The translations under genes were made by a program, and so were the position numbers. From a virus: DNA of 57,029 bases. Positions within the stretch are counted from its first letter, which is position 1; each line of letters opens with the position of its first letter. The notes beneath the pieces were generated by a model. That model ran no database searches. It was given only the letters and a program-made list of their open reading frames with translations, and was not told where the DNA came from. Where the stretch lies: the IMG/VR virus record IMGVR_UViG_3300018017_000001; one strand, written 5' to 3'. Shown here one piece after another: positions 6,953 through 15,726 of the stretch.

Positions 6953-7959
6953 GCGAAGTCACTGAAGCACTAAAATCGATCACGCCTCGCAAGAGGCAAC
7001 AGATTCACACAAGTTTTATGGATGTTCTCTGGCGCTGCGAACTGCAGGCCATGTATCGCTACCTCCTCGGTATCCGACGGCCGCCGTCCGCATACCTGCA
7101 CATCGGAACCGGGGTTCACAAGTCCGTCGAGTTGGACCTCCAGAACAAGATCGTGACGGGCGAATTGCTCAAGCGTTCCGACGCCATCGAGATCGCCGGC
7201 GCGACGTTTGAGAGCAAGGCGGCTTCAGACCCCATCGAGCTTGAGCCAGACGAAAAGAAGGAGGGCAAGAGCGTCTCGCAGGTGCTCGGGGAATCGAAGG
7301 ACAAGACCGTCGCCCTTGCCGGCTTGCACTACGATAAAGCAGCGCCGATTCTGAAGCCGAAACTAGTTGAGCATCCATTCGCTATCGACATGGATGACTG
7401 GCTTCGCAAGCGGGCAAAAGAGTTGCACGAGGCAGGAGAAAAGGAAACAGATCGGGACGCGGCGAAGATTCTCCACAACGAAGCTGCCGCGATGAACTCG
7501 GCGGCCCGCAAGGGCACGGACCTTGTCGGCAAGCGGGATGTAGTTGAAGATGCCGGAGATGGAGACGAGATCATCCGCGACACGAAAACCTCCGGCAAGT
7601 CTCCGAACAAGGAAGCCGCTGAGAACTCAGACCAGTTGAGCACTTACAGCCTGGCTTCTCTCGTGTTCAACAAAAGACTGCCGAAGGCCGTAGCCCTCGA
7701 CTATCTCGTGCAGACTCCTGCGAAGCACGGCCTGAAATACGTGCCCCTAACGAGCCAGCGCACGATGGACGACATCAATGTTCTGTTGTTCCGCTTCGCG
7801 CGCTCAATTCATGCCTGGGCTGTTGCGTGCAAGACAGGTAGTTTCCTGCCGGCGAGATCAACCGACTGGTGGTGTTCCGAAAAGTTCTGCGGTTTCTGGC
7901 ACCAATGTCCGGCGGCGAAACGGCCGAAGCTCGTACAAATCGGGAAGGTTCCAGAATAG
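6949..7959 (+). CDS. PD-(D/E)xK (RecB/Cas4-like) exonuclease
   Basis: Start MSEVTEALK with GAAGGAG SD and an ATGA overlap. Motifs GKRDVVED...IIRDTKTSGK. N-terminal Cys plus C-terminal CSEKFCGFWHQC resemble Cas4-type Fe-S ligands. Lies close upstream of a RecT-like gene (two small ORFs between). Confidence 0.65.
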   Translation: MSEVTEALKSITPRKRQQIHTSFMDVLWRCELQAMYRYLLGIRRPPSAYLHIGTGVHKSVELDLQNKIVTGELLKRSDAIEIAGATFESKAASDPIELEPDEKKEGKSVSQVLGESKDKTVALAGLHYDKAAPILKPKLVEHPFAIDMDDWLRKRAKELHEAGEKETDRDAAKILHNEAAAMNSAARKGTDLVGKRDVVEDAGDGDEIIRDTKTSGKSPNKEAAENSDQLSTYSLASLVFNKRLPKAVALDYLVQTPAKHGLKYVPLTSQRTMDDINVLLFRFARSIHAWAVACKTGSFLPARSTDWWCSEKFCGFWHQCPAAKRPKLVQIGKVPE

Positions 7960-8002
7960 TAGCTTTACAGCCGTTATGCGTATCTGCAATAATGAGACTG
8001 CT

Positions 8003-8194
8003 ATGAACTTAACCAATGATGACGTACTCAGATTGTTGCGTAGGGAAAAAGGTAAGCAGACTCAGAAAGATTTCGCCGCTCGCCTCGGTATTAGCCAGCA
8101 ACACCTGTGCGACATTCTTCGCAAACGCCGATCCCCTGGTCCGACGATCTTGAAGTATTTGAAATTGGAAACAGTGTATGCGAGGCAGCGATGA
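8003..8194 (+). CDS. XRE-type helix-turn-helix DNA-binding protein
   Basis: 63 aa. KQTQKDFAARLGISQQHLCDILRKRR is a classic HTH. No clear SD; an alternative ATG is at 7976. Confidence 0.6.
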   Translation: MNLTNDDVLRLLRREKGKQTQKDFAARLGISQQHLCDILRKRRSPGPTILKYLKLETVYARQR

Positions 8195-8574
8195 AAACGT
8201 GCTTAACCTGCGGAGTAGACATGCCAGGTCGCCGTTGGAATGCTAAATATTGCTCGCGACGCTGTTGGCCTACTTCTAGGCCGAGATATGTACCTCAGCG
8301 GGGTAAGGGATTGAGTTCCAGGCTAAATAAAACTGCGACGAATCGGCTTTGGCGTAAAGCCAATCCAGAGAAGTATCGGGCGCACAATGCGGTTGCCTAT
8401 GCACTTTGGACTGGAAAATTAGACCGTTCTCAATATTGCCAGTTATGCCTCGGGACAGGGCGTATTGAATCTCATCATCCCGACTACAACCGACTGTTAG
8501 ATGTAGTGTGGCTGTGTCATTGGTGCCATTCTGCGATTGAAGGCAGATCAGTAAAATATCGCGTTACTGCTTGA
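8191..8574 (+). CDS. HNH endonuclease
   Basis: 127 aa. The ATG overlaps the upstream stop. Motifs CLTCG, CQLC...ESHHPDYNRLLDVVWLCHWCHSAIE. Confidence 0.7.
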   Translation: MKTCLTCGVDMPGRRWNAKYCSRRCWPTSRPRYVPQRGKGLSSRLNKTATNRLWRKANPEKYRAHNAVAYALWTGKLDRSQYCQLCLGTGRIESHHPDYNRLLDVVWLCHWCHSAIEGRSVKYRVTA

Positions 8575-8630
8575 ATCGCATACAAAACTCTCGTGGGAGT
8601 AAAGCCACGTAAAAAACAAAGGAGAACGAA

Positions 8631-9860
8631 ATGGAAACCAAGCAAGAGTCCACCGCTTTAACCCTTCCCTCGCCAGCCCAAACCCAAGAGAAAGCCGAGA
8701 TCGTCAGGAGCAGCGCCAAGGCCACGAGGCTCGCCGCGTTTACGCCTGGGAACCTCACGGAGGCCATCGCGCTGTCGAAGATGATGGCGAACTCGGAACT
8801 GGTCCCGAAAGACTACCGCGGCAAGCCAGCGAACATCCTCGTGGCGATTCAGTTCGGCTCCGAGATCGGGCTGGCCCCGATGCAGAGCTTGCAGTCGATC
8901 TCGGTCATCAACGGCAGGCCGTCGATCTGGGGCGATGCTGCTCTCGCTCTCGTGCAGGGCCATGCCGACTTCGAGGACATCTCGGAGACGACTGAAGGAA
9001 CCGTCGCGAAGTGTATTGTCAAGCGGCGCGGGCGTTCTCCGGTCGTTAGAACGTTCAGCGACGAAGATGCAATCAAGGCAGGACTGATCGCCAAAGGTGG
9101 CGTGTGGGTTCAGTACCGAGCCAGGATGCGCCAACTTCGCGCGAGAGGCTTTGCTTTGCGAGATTCTTTCGCCGACGTGTTGAAAGGCATCTCGATTGCC
9201 GAGGAGTCCATCGACACACCAGTGGACACTTCGCAGGCCAAGGTCCAGAGGGACTCGATGACTTCGGACTTGTCCATGCTCACGCCATCTCAGGAACAGA
9301 ATCGCGGTCATGAGGACACGGGCTTGGGACCGAAGAACGGTGCTCCGAAAAAAGACGAGCAGAACCAGGAGCGCAAGCCGGAGCCGTTCATCTGCTCCGA
9401 ATGCCGGAAGGTGATCAATCCCGGCGGGACCGGTCACGGATCGGACTGCAAGTTTGCAGTCAAGGCGGAGCAGGACAAGAAGACGGCCCAGTTCCAGAAG
9501 GCGCTCTACAAGATCAAATCCGTTGCAGCTAAGGTAGACAAGAAGAAAGCGGATTACCTAGAGATGGTGGTTGATCTTGTCACGAACGAGGGCGATAAGT
9601 CTGGCCAACTCTACTGTTGGCGCAAGCCGCTGCATGAATACCTGCTCGGCGGGACGATACCGGAAGGCGGGCGGGCGCTGGTCGGGGAAGTTTCGACCGA
9701 CAAGACGGACTCGAACAAGAAGTTCATTCGGCTAGAGCATATCGTCGAGCTAGATGGCGTGCCGTTCGTGAACGATGCTCCTGCCGCTCAGGCTCAGATG
9801 CCGACGGCGGAGGATGAGGAAGCCGAGATCGCTGACGGCTTGTTTGGACAGGAGTCGTGA
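8631..9860 (+). CDS. recT: RecT-family single-strand annealing protein with long C-terminal extension
   Basis: 409 aa with an AAGGAGAA SD. ..LVPKDYRGKPANILVAIQFGSEIGLAPMQSLQSISVINGRPSIWGDA.. matches the RecT core pattern as I recall it. About 200 extra C-terminal residues include CSECRK...C. Confidence 0.65.
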   Translation: METKQESTALTLPSPAQTQEKAEIVRSSAKATRLAAFTPGNLTEAIALSKMMANSELVPKDYRGKPANILVAIQFGSEIGLAPMQSLQSISVINGRPSIWGDAALALVQGHADFEDISETTEGTVAKCIVKRRGRSPVVRTFSDEDAIKAGLIAKGGVWVQYRARMRQLRARGFALRDSFADVLKGISIAEESIDTPVDTSQAKVQRDSMTSDLSMLTPSQEQNRGHEDTGLGPKNGAPKKDEQNQERKPEPFICSECRKVINPGGTGHGSDCKFAVKAEQDKKTAQFQKALYKIKSVAAKVDKKKADYLEMVVDLVTNEGDKSGQLYCWRKPLHEYLLGGTIPEGGRALVGEVSTDKTDSNKKFIRLEHIVELDGVPFVNDAPAAQAQMPTAEDEEAEIADGLFGQES

Positions 9861-9932
9861 TATGACATTAGAAGAAATCCAACACGGTTTCCTTGCGACT
9901 GCAGGAGCGACGATCAAGCGACAGTTAGGATT

Positions 9933-9954
9933 GCCGGATCGGTTGTGATCCGGC
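9933..9954 (+). other. Perfect 8-bp stem hairpin (GCCGGATC-GGTTGT-GATCCGGC) in the RecT-downstream gap
   Basis: Read directly. There is no T-tract, so terminator function is doubtful. A possible 28-codon ORF (9863..9949) overlaps it. Confidence 0.25.
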
Positions 9955-10040
9955 AGAGCGGGAGAACGTTTCTGTACACTCTTCATCCGGCGAGTTGGTA
10001 AATTGAGGAGCCTGTCCTCCAATCAGGCAGAAAGGTAAAT

Positions 10041-10331
10041 ATGGACGTAAAAGCAGACCAGCATTTACACGCGAGGATCACTGAAATCAACCAGCGACTT
10101 CGCAAGCTCGATACACGATTGGGACGGGTCACAACGAACATTTGCGGCGGCCCGGTTCCTGAAACTCAGGGCGAGACTCCAAAGCCGATTGACGAGCACT
10201 TGCACGACAAACTCGACAGCACGCATCGACTTTTGGCGTCGCTCGAAGATGAGATGACAAGGATGGAAAATTCGGTCGGGTCAAATCAAGCGGCTCCGAC
10301 TTCGCAAGCAGGCTATGCGGTCGGACGGTAA
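10041..10331 (+). CDS. Hypothetical coiled-coil protein
   Basis: 96-aa ORF with AAAGG upstream. Confidence 0.5.
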   Translation: MDVKADQHLHARITEINQRLRKLDTRLGRVTTNICGGPVPETQGETPKPIDEHLHDKLDSTHRLLASLEDEMTRMENSVGSNQAAPTSQAGYAVGR

Positions 10332-10396
10332 GAACATTCTACGGTCCCTGCTGCCCGCGAGTGGGGACCAACTGCATCCGGTTCATTGGTAGGGAT

Positions 10397-10759
10397 ATGA
10401 ATCATTACGCGATTATAGGTCGTTCGGTTCCTTGTCCTACCTGTAAGGCCGCAGTGGGACAAATGTGTTGCTTCTCTAGACTAGAACGCCAAAGAGAACG
10501 CGCTCCATATGGGTATGCAATCTTCCACGCAAAACGCCTACGACTAGCGTATTCATCTCTTGAGTACCAGGCCAAAGTTAGGGCAATCGTGCAGAAACGA
10601 AGCGGACAGATGAGGCCGCCGAAAAAGCAGAAGAAAGAAGTCGGTCAAGGCAACAACCAACGAAGCGGAGTGCGTGTTAAATGCGCTCAAGGGAAACATA
10701 TGGAATGTCTCGCCAGTAAATGCTCGTGTGAGTGCCACACCGTAAAGGAGCCAAAATGA
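10397..10759 (+). CDS. Zinc-finger-like basic protein
   Basis: Start at MNHYAIIG. CPTCKAAVGQMC near the N-terminus and a C-terminal Cys/His cluster (CLASKCSCECH). Confidence 0.5.
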   Translation: MNHYAIIGRSVPCPTCKAAVGQMCCFSRLERQRERAPYGYAIFHAKRLRLAYSSLEYQAKVRAIVQKRSGQMRPPKKQKKEVGQGNNQRSGVRVKCAQGKHMECLASKCSCECHTVKEPK

Positions 10760-10935
10760 CTCTAAGACTCTCAACCCGTCTAGTCGACGGCCAGATCGTG
10801 CTAGATTCGCGTTTAGAGGCGTTGAAACGGCTTACCCTAGGGAAAGCACAGCCAAGGGCTAAACAACGCTCTAGGGGCAAGGAAACGCTGGCAAACCGCA
10901 TCCTGGCGGCGGTGCTGCGCAAGAATCAGGCTTAG
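10756..10935 (+). CDS. Hypothetical small basic protein
   Basis: AAAGGAG SD. The ATG overlaps the upstream stop (ATGA). 59 aa. Confidence 0.45.
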   Translation: MTLRLSTRLVDGQIVLDSRLEALKRLTLGKAQPRAKQRSRGKETLANRILAAVLRKNQA

Positions 10936-10955
10936 AGGGCAGAAAACAGGCGTAA

Positions 10956-10969
10956 CTGAAAATTTGCAG
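10956..10969. promoter_or_regulatory. Palindrome family member CTGAAAATTTGCAG (1 mismatch)
   Basis: Intergenic. It is followed by ACGGAGGCTGAA and then ATG 10982. Confidence 0.5.
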
Positions 10970-10981
10970 ACGGAGGCTGAA

Positions 10982-11218
10982 ATGACAGAAACAATCCGCG
11001 AACTCGGAGAACGTCTCGTCAAGCAAGGCAAGTTGAAGCAGGACGACCTCGACAAGTACGTCGAGCAACCGGAACCGGAAGAAACTCCAGCACCAGCACC
11101 CTTGCTTCCTCCGCCCGAAACGCGAGAAGCTCGGCAAGTTCGGCAGATGAAAAGTCTTGCTGCGTTCGAAGCTCTGCGCTGGTGCAGGAAGTTTTACCCG
11201 TGGAGATGCTTGGCGTGA
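10982..11218 (+). CDS. Hypothetical small protein
   Basis: GGAGG lies 6 nt before ATG 10982. 78 aa. Confidence 0.55.
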   Translation: MTETIRELGERLVKQGKLKQDDLDKYVEQPEPEETPAPAPLLPPPETREARQVRQMKSLAAFEALRWCRKFYPWRCLA

Positions 11219-11379
11219 AGAAAATCAACATCTGTTTGTTTCTGATCCATGCACATGATTACCTGTGCAGTCTAGGCGGTCCGAACTGGCAGAATCAACT
11301 AGAAGCCGCACAACTGTGCTGGAAAGCAGCGATTGTAGCTCATGCCGAGGGACTGAGTTTGTTCGCATGGGATGAGTAG

Positions 11380-11393
11380 CTGCAAATTTGCAG
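11380..11393. promoter_or_regulatory. Perfect palindrome CTGCAAATTTGCAG
   Basis: Read directly. It lies 25 nt upstream of the -35 of the candidate promoter at 11419..11448. Confidence 0.6.
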
Positions 11394-11418
11394 TAACAAG
11401 ATTTTCACAACTTGGGGC

Positions 11419-11448
11419 TTTACACGGAGCTTTTCTTTTGCTTATACT
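11419..11448 (+). promoter_or_regulatory. Candidate sigma70-like promoter TTTACA-N18-TATACT
   Basis: Read directly in the atypical region 11219..11966. The predicted start is near 11455, just before a TTCCC-GTGA-GGGAA hairpin (11454..11467). Confidence 0.45.
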
Positions 11449-11966
11449 TATCTTTCCCGTGAGGGAATGTGGAGCGGGCGGTCCCGTTGGTAGGGCAACC
11501 TTCGCCGGTACCGCCAACACCGCCCATCCTAATCCTTCCCAGGTATCGGCGAATGCAAGACTCCCAAAACAATTCGGTTTGTATTGCTTGCGCCGGGAAA
11601 CCTATGTCTGCTCTCCTATCAAGTTCGGGGGCGATGAGCCAGTCGCCACGTGCCTTTCCGGAAGGTTCACTCGCAGCGCCTTCGCTCCCGATTCATGCTC
11701 TAGGACGGTTGCTTCGCGGCACAGCTTGCATCCGAGAAAAAACGGGCCGCTGTCTTACGTTAACTCCGCCAAGGTCGGAGAAGAGAAGCAAGGCTGTCGA
11801 AATCCAGGCAACGGGCGGGTGGTCGATCCCGCAAACACGCATACGCCCTGGTCTTTCACGGACAAGATTCACATACTAAGACGTACCTACTTCTCAAGAA
11901 CGATCCGAGCAGACCTGAATGAGCTTCTAAGTCCGTAAGGGAATGCGTGTTTTCCAGGAGAGAGTA

Positions 11967-12371
11967 ATGGGTGATGATCTTAGACTTACGCCTCCAGATG
12001 GAAACGGTAGCCGCTTCGCGGACTTCCGAGACTTGGTAGAACGAGCCTACCGATGGCGCTGGAAGCGGCCTTGCCCGTGGTCTGGAGCAGAAGCCAATCA
12101 ACTTTCACGCTTGCTGAAATGCAGCCCGACTTTAGATGTTCGTGAGTTCGCACGTTGGCTCAAGAACTATTTTGTTTCGGAAGACTACCCGCCCGGAGAA
12201 CGACCCTCTAGATTTCTGCCCCGTATTTATAACTACTCAGTCGATGCAGTAGATCGTTTTTCGCGTCCAGCGCATAACGGGAACGGAAAGAGACCTCCGG
12301 ACATGGTGAATGCTCTCGACATCAAGAAAAAGCAACTCGCAGAAGCGCGATCGCGCGGGGAGATTGACTGA
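11967..12371 (+). CDS. Hypothetical protein upstream of DnaB (possible helicase loader or replication initiator)
   Basis: Start at MGDDLRL with GGAGAG SD. The stop overlaps the dnaB ATG (TGATG). Function is inferred from position only. Confidence 0.5.
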   Translation: MGDDLRLTPPDGNGSRFADFRDLVERAYRWRWKRPCPWSGAEANQLSRLLKCSPTLDVREFARWLKNYFVSEDYPPGERPSRFLPRIYNYSVDAVDRFSRPAHNGNGKRPPDMVNALDIKKKQLAEARSRGEID

Positions 12372-13648
12372 TGAGTTACGAACTCTCCGCCGAGATGACA
12401 CTGGTCGGCGCCCTGTTGACCACAGATGTTTCTCTCGAAGCCGTCGATCAAGCCGCTTTGCTCGTTTCTCCTGACGAGTTTCAGGACTCCCGCGCCGCGA
12501 ACCTTTACCGCGCCATCCTTGCGCTGAGGACGAAAAACCTGTTGCCGGATGCTCCCGGATGCATCGCGGAGCTAGAAAACCTGAAGATCAAGACCGAAGA
12601 TGCCTCTCTGCTTTTCTCGCAAGCATTGGATTCCGTTCCACTTCCGGGACAAGTTCAAAGATACGCGAAGGTGATTCGGGAGAAGATCGAGGCGAAACGG
12701 ATCTCGCGGACCATTCAGGTGGCTGGCGCCCGTCTTGCTGAAGGCGAATCCATCTCTTGGCTGAAGTCCGAGTTGATGGCCGAACTCGGGCAGATTGAAG
12801 CCGAGCAGAAAACCTCGGAAGATTCTGTTGTGGCTGACGCTCACGCGAAAGTCGTCGGAGCGATTCGGGACCGAATCAACGGAGACACGTCGAGCAGTGG
12901 ATTGCGTCTCGGTCTGCCTGCGCTTGACCAACTAACCACTGGCATCAATCGCGAGGAGTTGTGGGTTGTCGGCGGAATGCCTGGGCGCGGCAAAACTGCG
13001 CTGGCCCTGCAATCGGCGATGAACCTAGCGGGAGACGGATTCCCTGTTTATTTCATCTCTCTCGAAATGAGCCGCTACGCCGTGATGCGGCGCTTGCTGA
13101 AGATGAAGTTCGGCACGGCGGCCGTCGAGTATCCCAACTCAAAGCAACTCTCCGCCCTGTTCGAGTACGAGAAGGAACTGCGTCAGCTTCCGTTTTACCT
13201 GAACGATTCATCGTCGCTGGAGATCGAGGAACTGATCTCTAGGGCTAGGATGCGCATCGCTCGTTCGGGAATCCGTCTGGTCATCGTGGACTACATCCAA
13301 CTGATCCGCTTCGAGGGGAAAGATCGCCGGGAGCGAGTGAGTGAGTGTACGGACAGACTCCGCAGGCTGGCGAAGGACACGGGAGTTCCCGTGATGGCTC
13401 TGTCCCAACTCCGGCGATCTCAGAACGTGAACGACCGTCCGACGATGATCGACCTGAAGGAGTCCGGGGACATCGAGGCTCACGCTCACGTGATCTTGCT
13501 GCTGTACATGCCGGTCGGACAAGACGGAGCGTTCACGGGGGAAGATGAGTTGATCGTAGGCAAGCAACGGGAAGGACCAACCGGGAAGGTGCCAATAGCT
13601 TTTCTCGGGACGAAGTGCCAGTTTTACGAGAGGGAGACGCACGTATGA
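12371..13648 (+). CDS. dnaB: DnaB-family replicative helicase
   Basis: 425 aa. Walker A GGMPGRGKTALAL, then FISLEMS, VIVDYIQLI, ALSQLRR and DLKESGDIEAHA. The order matches the DnaB C-terminal RecA-like domain. Confidence 0.85.
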   Translation: MSYELSAEMTLVGALLTTDVSLEAVDQAALLVSPDEFQDSRAANLYRAILALRTKNLLPDAPGCIAELENLKIKTEDASLLFSQALDSVPLPGQVQRYAKVIREKIEAKRISRTIQVAGARLAEGESISWLKSELMAELGQIEAEQKTSEDSVVADAHAKVVGAIRDRINGDTSSSGLRLGLPALDQLTTGINREELWVVGGMPGRGKTALALQSAMNLAGDGFPVYFISLEMSRYAVMRRLLKMKFGTAAVEYPNSKQLSALFEYEKELRQLPFYLNDSSSLEIEELISRARMRIARSGIRLVIVDYIQLIRFEGKDRRERVSECTDRLRRLAKDTGVPVMALSQLRRSQNVNDRPTMIDLKESGDIEAHAHVILLLYMPVGQDGAFTGEDELIVGKQREGPTGKVPIAFLGTKCQFYERETHV

Positions 13649-13845
13649 TCTATCCATCCATGGACCATTTAAGTTTAGAGCAACGGCGCATGTACTGCGA
13701 CAAGGCTATGCGGAGATGTAAAACGGAACTAGCGGCCAAAGTCTTGAGCAATGAATTTCAGCGCGTTCATGACATCTACAGAAACGGACAGTTGAGGCGG
13801 AAGGCCACGCGCGACGTGAGGATCGAATGTCTGGAGAAAGAATGA
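13645..13845 (+). CDS. Hypothetical small protein
   Basis: ATGA overlap with the dnaB stop. GGGAGA upstream. 66 aa. Confidence 0.45.
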   Translation: MIYPSMDHLSLEQRRMYCDKAMRRCKTELAAKVLSNEFQRVHDIYRNGQLRRKATRDVRIECLEKE

Positions 13846-14003
13846 CTGAACTTCAGAAGATGAAAGAGCAGATGCTCTACTCCGAGTTCATCCAGCAGAA
13901 GTCGCAAGCGAACTGCATGGACGGCTTCGATCCTCTCTGGTTGCCGGAGTTTCTGTTCCCGTTCCAGTCGGTGCTCGTCGATTGGTCCGTTCGCAACGGA
14001 TGA
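13842..14003 (+). CDS. Short ORF resembling the N-terminus of a helicase or methylase-associated protein (possible gene remnant)
   Basis: 53 aa, with an ATGA overlap to the upstream gene. ..FDPLWLPEFLFPFQSVLVDWSVRNG then stop. A different frame continues open (..ELARLRAAYGLEMSGDRFGVSVGELDWLAELHRLLYEVGND) up to gene 14120. Confidence 0.3.
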   Translation: MTELQKMKEQMLYSEFIQQKSQANCMDGFDPLWLPEFLFPFQSVLVDWSVRNG

Positions 14004-14119
14004 ACTCGCAAGGTTGCGGGCGGCATATGGGCTTGAGATGTCTGGCGATCGCTTCGGGGTCTCTGTTGGTGAACTGGATTGGCTCGCGGAACTTCACAGA
14101 CTTTTATACGAGGTAGGCA

Positions 14120-14812
14120 ATGACTAAGAAAAAGAAACCAGAAATCATCCCGCCGAAGAAAACTCAGTCCCGCAAAGAGCGTGCTCTGTACTGCACTCAA
14201 TACCTGCAAGAGGTAGAAGCCCGGTCAAATTGGGTCGCTCTCGCTCGCGTGTTGATAGAATGCGACCAAGATGAGTTGTGGCGCGAAACAAACTGCGACT
14301 GCTGGGATGAGTGGGTTCACAAGTTTGCCCCAACGTCGTACAGGAAATGCATGGGAGCGAAGCGCAGGTTCCTGAAGCTATATCACGACATTCCCATTAA
14401 GGCTCTCGTAGATGCGAAGCCGGAAACCGCCGAATATATTTCTCGCTGCGTGCCGCCGGCTGCTCTTAAAAGTCCTGTGATTCTCGAAGCGCTTCCGTTG
14501 CCACCGCGCAAAGCGATCAAACTGCTGAAGGCAGCGATGCCTGAGCAGCATCTCGAATCAATCGAAAAGACGATTCTTAATCAGGCCGAGAGCCAGCACG
14601 ACGCGTTCAACGACGCACTCGAAGCCTATCGGTTCATGAAGAACGACGAGGGCGCGTCGAAGGAGAATTTCGTCGAGTTCCTGATCTCGGAGTGGATGGA
14701 CAGCGTGGCGGAGAACAACCGCACGATCCGGGAGAACTGGGAAGCGCACAAGGAAGAACGGGAGCCAACGAGTTTTGTAACTGCAAATTTGCAGGCGGAA
14801 GCGAGGGAGTGA
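14120..14812 (+). CDS. Hypothetical protein
   Basis: 230-aa ORF. The palindrome is in frame near its 3' end (..VTANLQAEARE). Confidence 0.6.
   Translation: MTKKKKPEIIPPKKTQSRKERALYCTQYLQEVEARSNWVALARVLIECDQDELWRETNCDCWDEWVHKFAPTSYRKCMGAKRRFLKLYHDIPIKALVDAKPETAEYISRCVPPAALKSPVILEALPLPPRKAIKLLKAAMPEQHLESIEKTILNQAESQHDAFNDALEAYRFMKNDEGASKENFVEFLISEWMDSVAENNRTIRENWEAHKEEREPTSFVTANLQAEARE
14781..14794. promoter_or_regulatory. Perfect palindrome CTGCAAATTTGCAG
   Basis: It lies 17 nt upstream of ATG 14812, followed by GCGGAAGCGAGGGAG (the SD). Confidence 0.6.
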
Positions 14813-15726
14813 TGGAAACTGATCTGTTCGGGCACACTGCGGTTGATAAACTCCCCGGCGGGGCGATGTGCCAGAGGTTTATTGAGCCACCGTTCACGGC
14901 TCTCGATACAAAGTCGGGGCGCTGGCAAGAGAGAAAAAGGGATTGGATTGCATTGGGAATTGAGAGCGAAATTGGTCGCGCTGAAAATTTGCTCAGCATA
15001 AGCGATACCTGTGAGGAGTTCATGTCGGGCGCTAAGCAATCGAGCATTTTTGACCAAACTTTATGTGAACTTGTCTACTCATGGTTCATGCCCGAAAAGT
15101 CTTTGCTCGGCATCCTCGACCCCTTTGCAGGTGGCAGCGTGCGTGGCATAGTAGCCTCACGTCTTGGCTACGACTACACAGGCATAGACCTTCGCCAAGA
15201 GCAGATTGATGCAAATCTGAAACAGGCCCGCGAGATTCCCGGCAAGCGTCAGCCTCGGTGGATTTGCGGCGATTCCTGCAAAATTGATGAGATGGTGGGC
15301 GATGAGTACGATCTGCTTTTCACCTGCCCGCCCTATTGGAATCTTGAACGCTATTCTGACGACCCGCGCGATCTGAGCACGCTCGACAACTGGAATGAGT
15401 TCCTTGTCAAGTACCAACGCATTATGCTCCTTGCAGCCCGCAGGCTGAAAAGCCAACGCTTCGCCGTGGTAGTGGTGGGCAATATCCGCGATGATGAAGG
15501 TTTCATTCGGGACATGGGCGGGCCAACCGCATCAGCTCTGCTCGGGGCAGGCTTTCGGTTGTATAACGAGTTTGTGCTGCTCACGCCAATCGGATCGCTT
15601 CCGCTGCGCGTAAATGGTCAATTTGCACGAGGGCGCAAGGCAGGCTCGGCGCACCAGTATGTGATGTGCTTCTTTCGTGGCAATCCTGATTCAATTCGGT
15701 GCGATTTCACGGAGTTTCAGCCATGA
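14812..15726 (+). CDS. DNA amino-methyltransferase (N6A/N4C type)
   Basis: Start at METDLFG (TGATG overlap, GAGGGAG SD). Motif I ILDPFAGGSVRG. Motif IV LFTCPPYWNLERY. Confidence 0.7.
   Translation: METDLFGHTAVDKLPGGAMCQRFIEPPFTALDTKSGRWQERKRDWIALGIESEIGRAENLLSISDTCEEFMSGAKQSSIFDQTLCELVYSWFMPEKSLLGILDPFAGGSVRGIVASRLGYDYTGIDLRQEQIDANLKQAREIPGKRQPRWICGDSCKIDEMVGDEYDLLFTCPPYWNLERYSDDPRDLSTLDNWNEFLVKYQRIMLLAARRLKSQRFAVVVVGNIRDDEGFIRDMGGPTASALLGAGFRLYNEFVLLTPIGSLPLRVNGQFARGRKAGSAHQYVMCFFRGNPDSIRCDFTEFQP

Noticed and set aside
11182-11379. 65-aa ORF at the start of the atypical region.
   Set aside because: It overlaps the end of gene 10982..11218 and has no convincing SD at either candidate start. 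It is left uncalled and the region is discussed as a whole.
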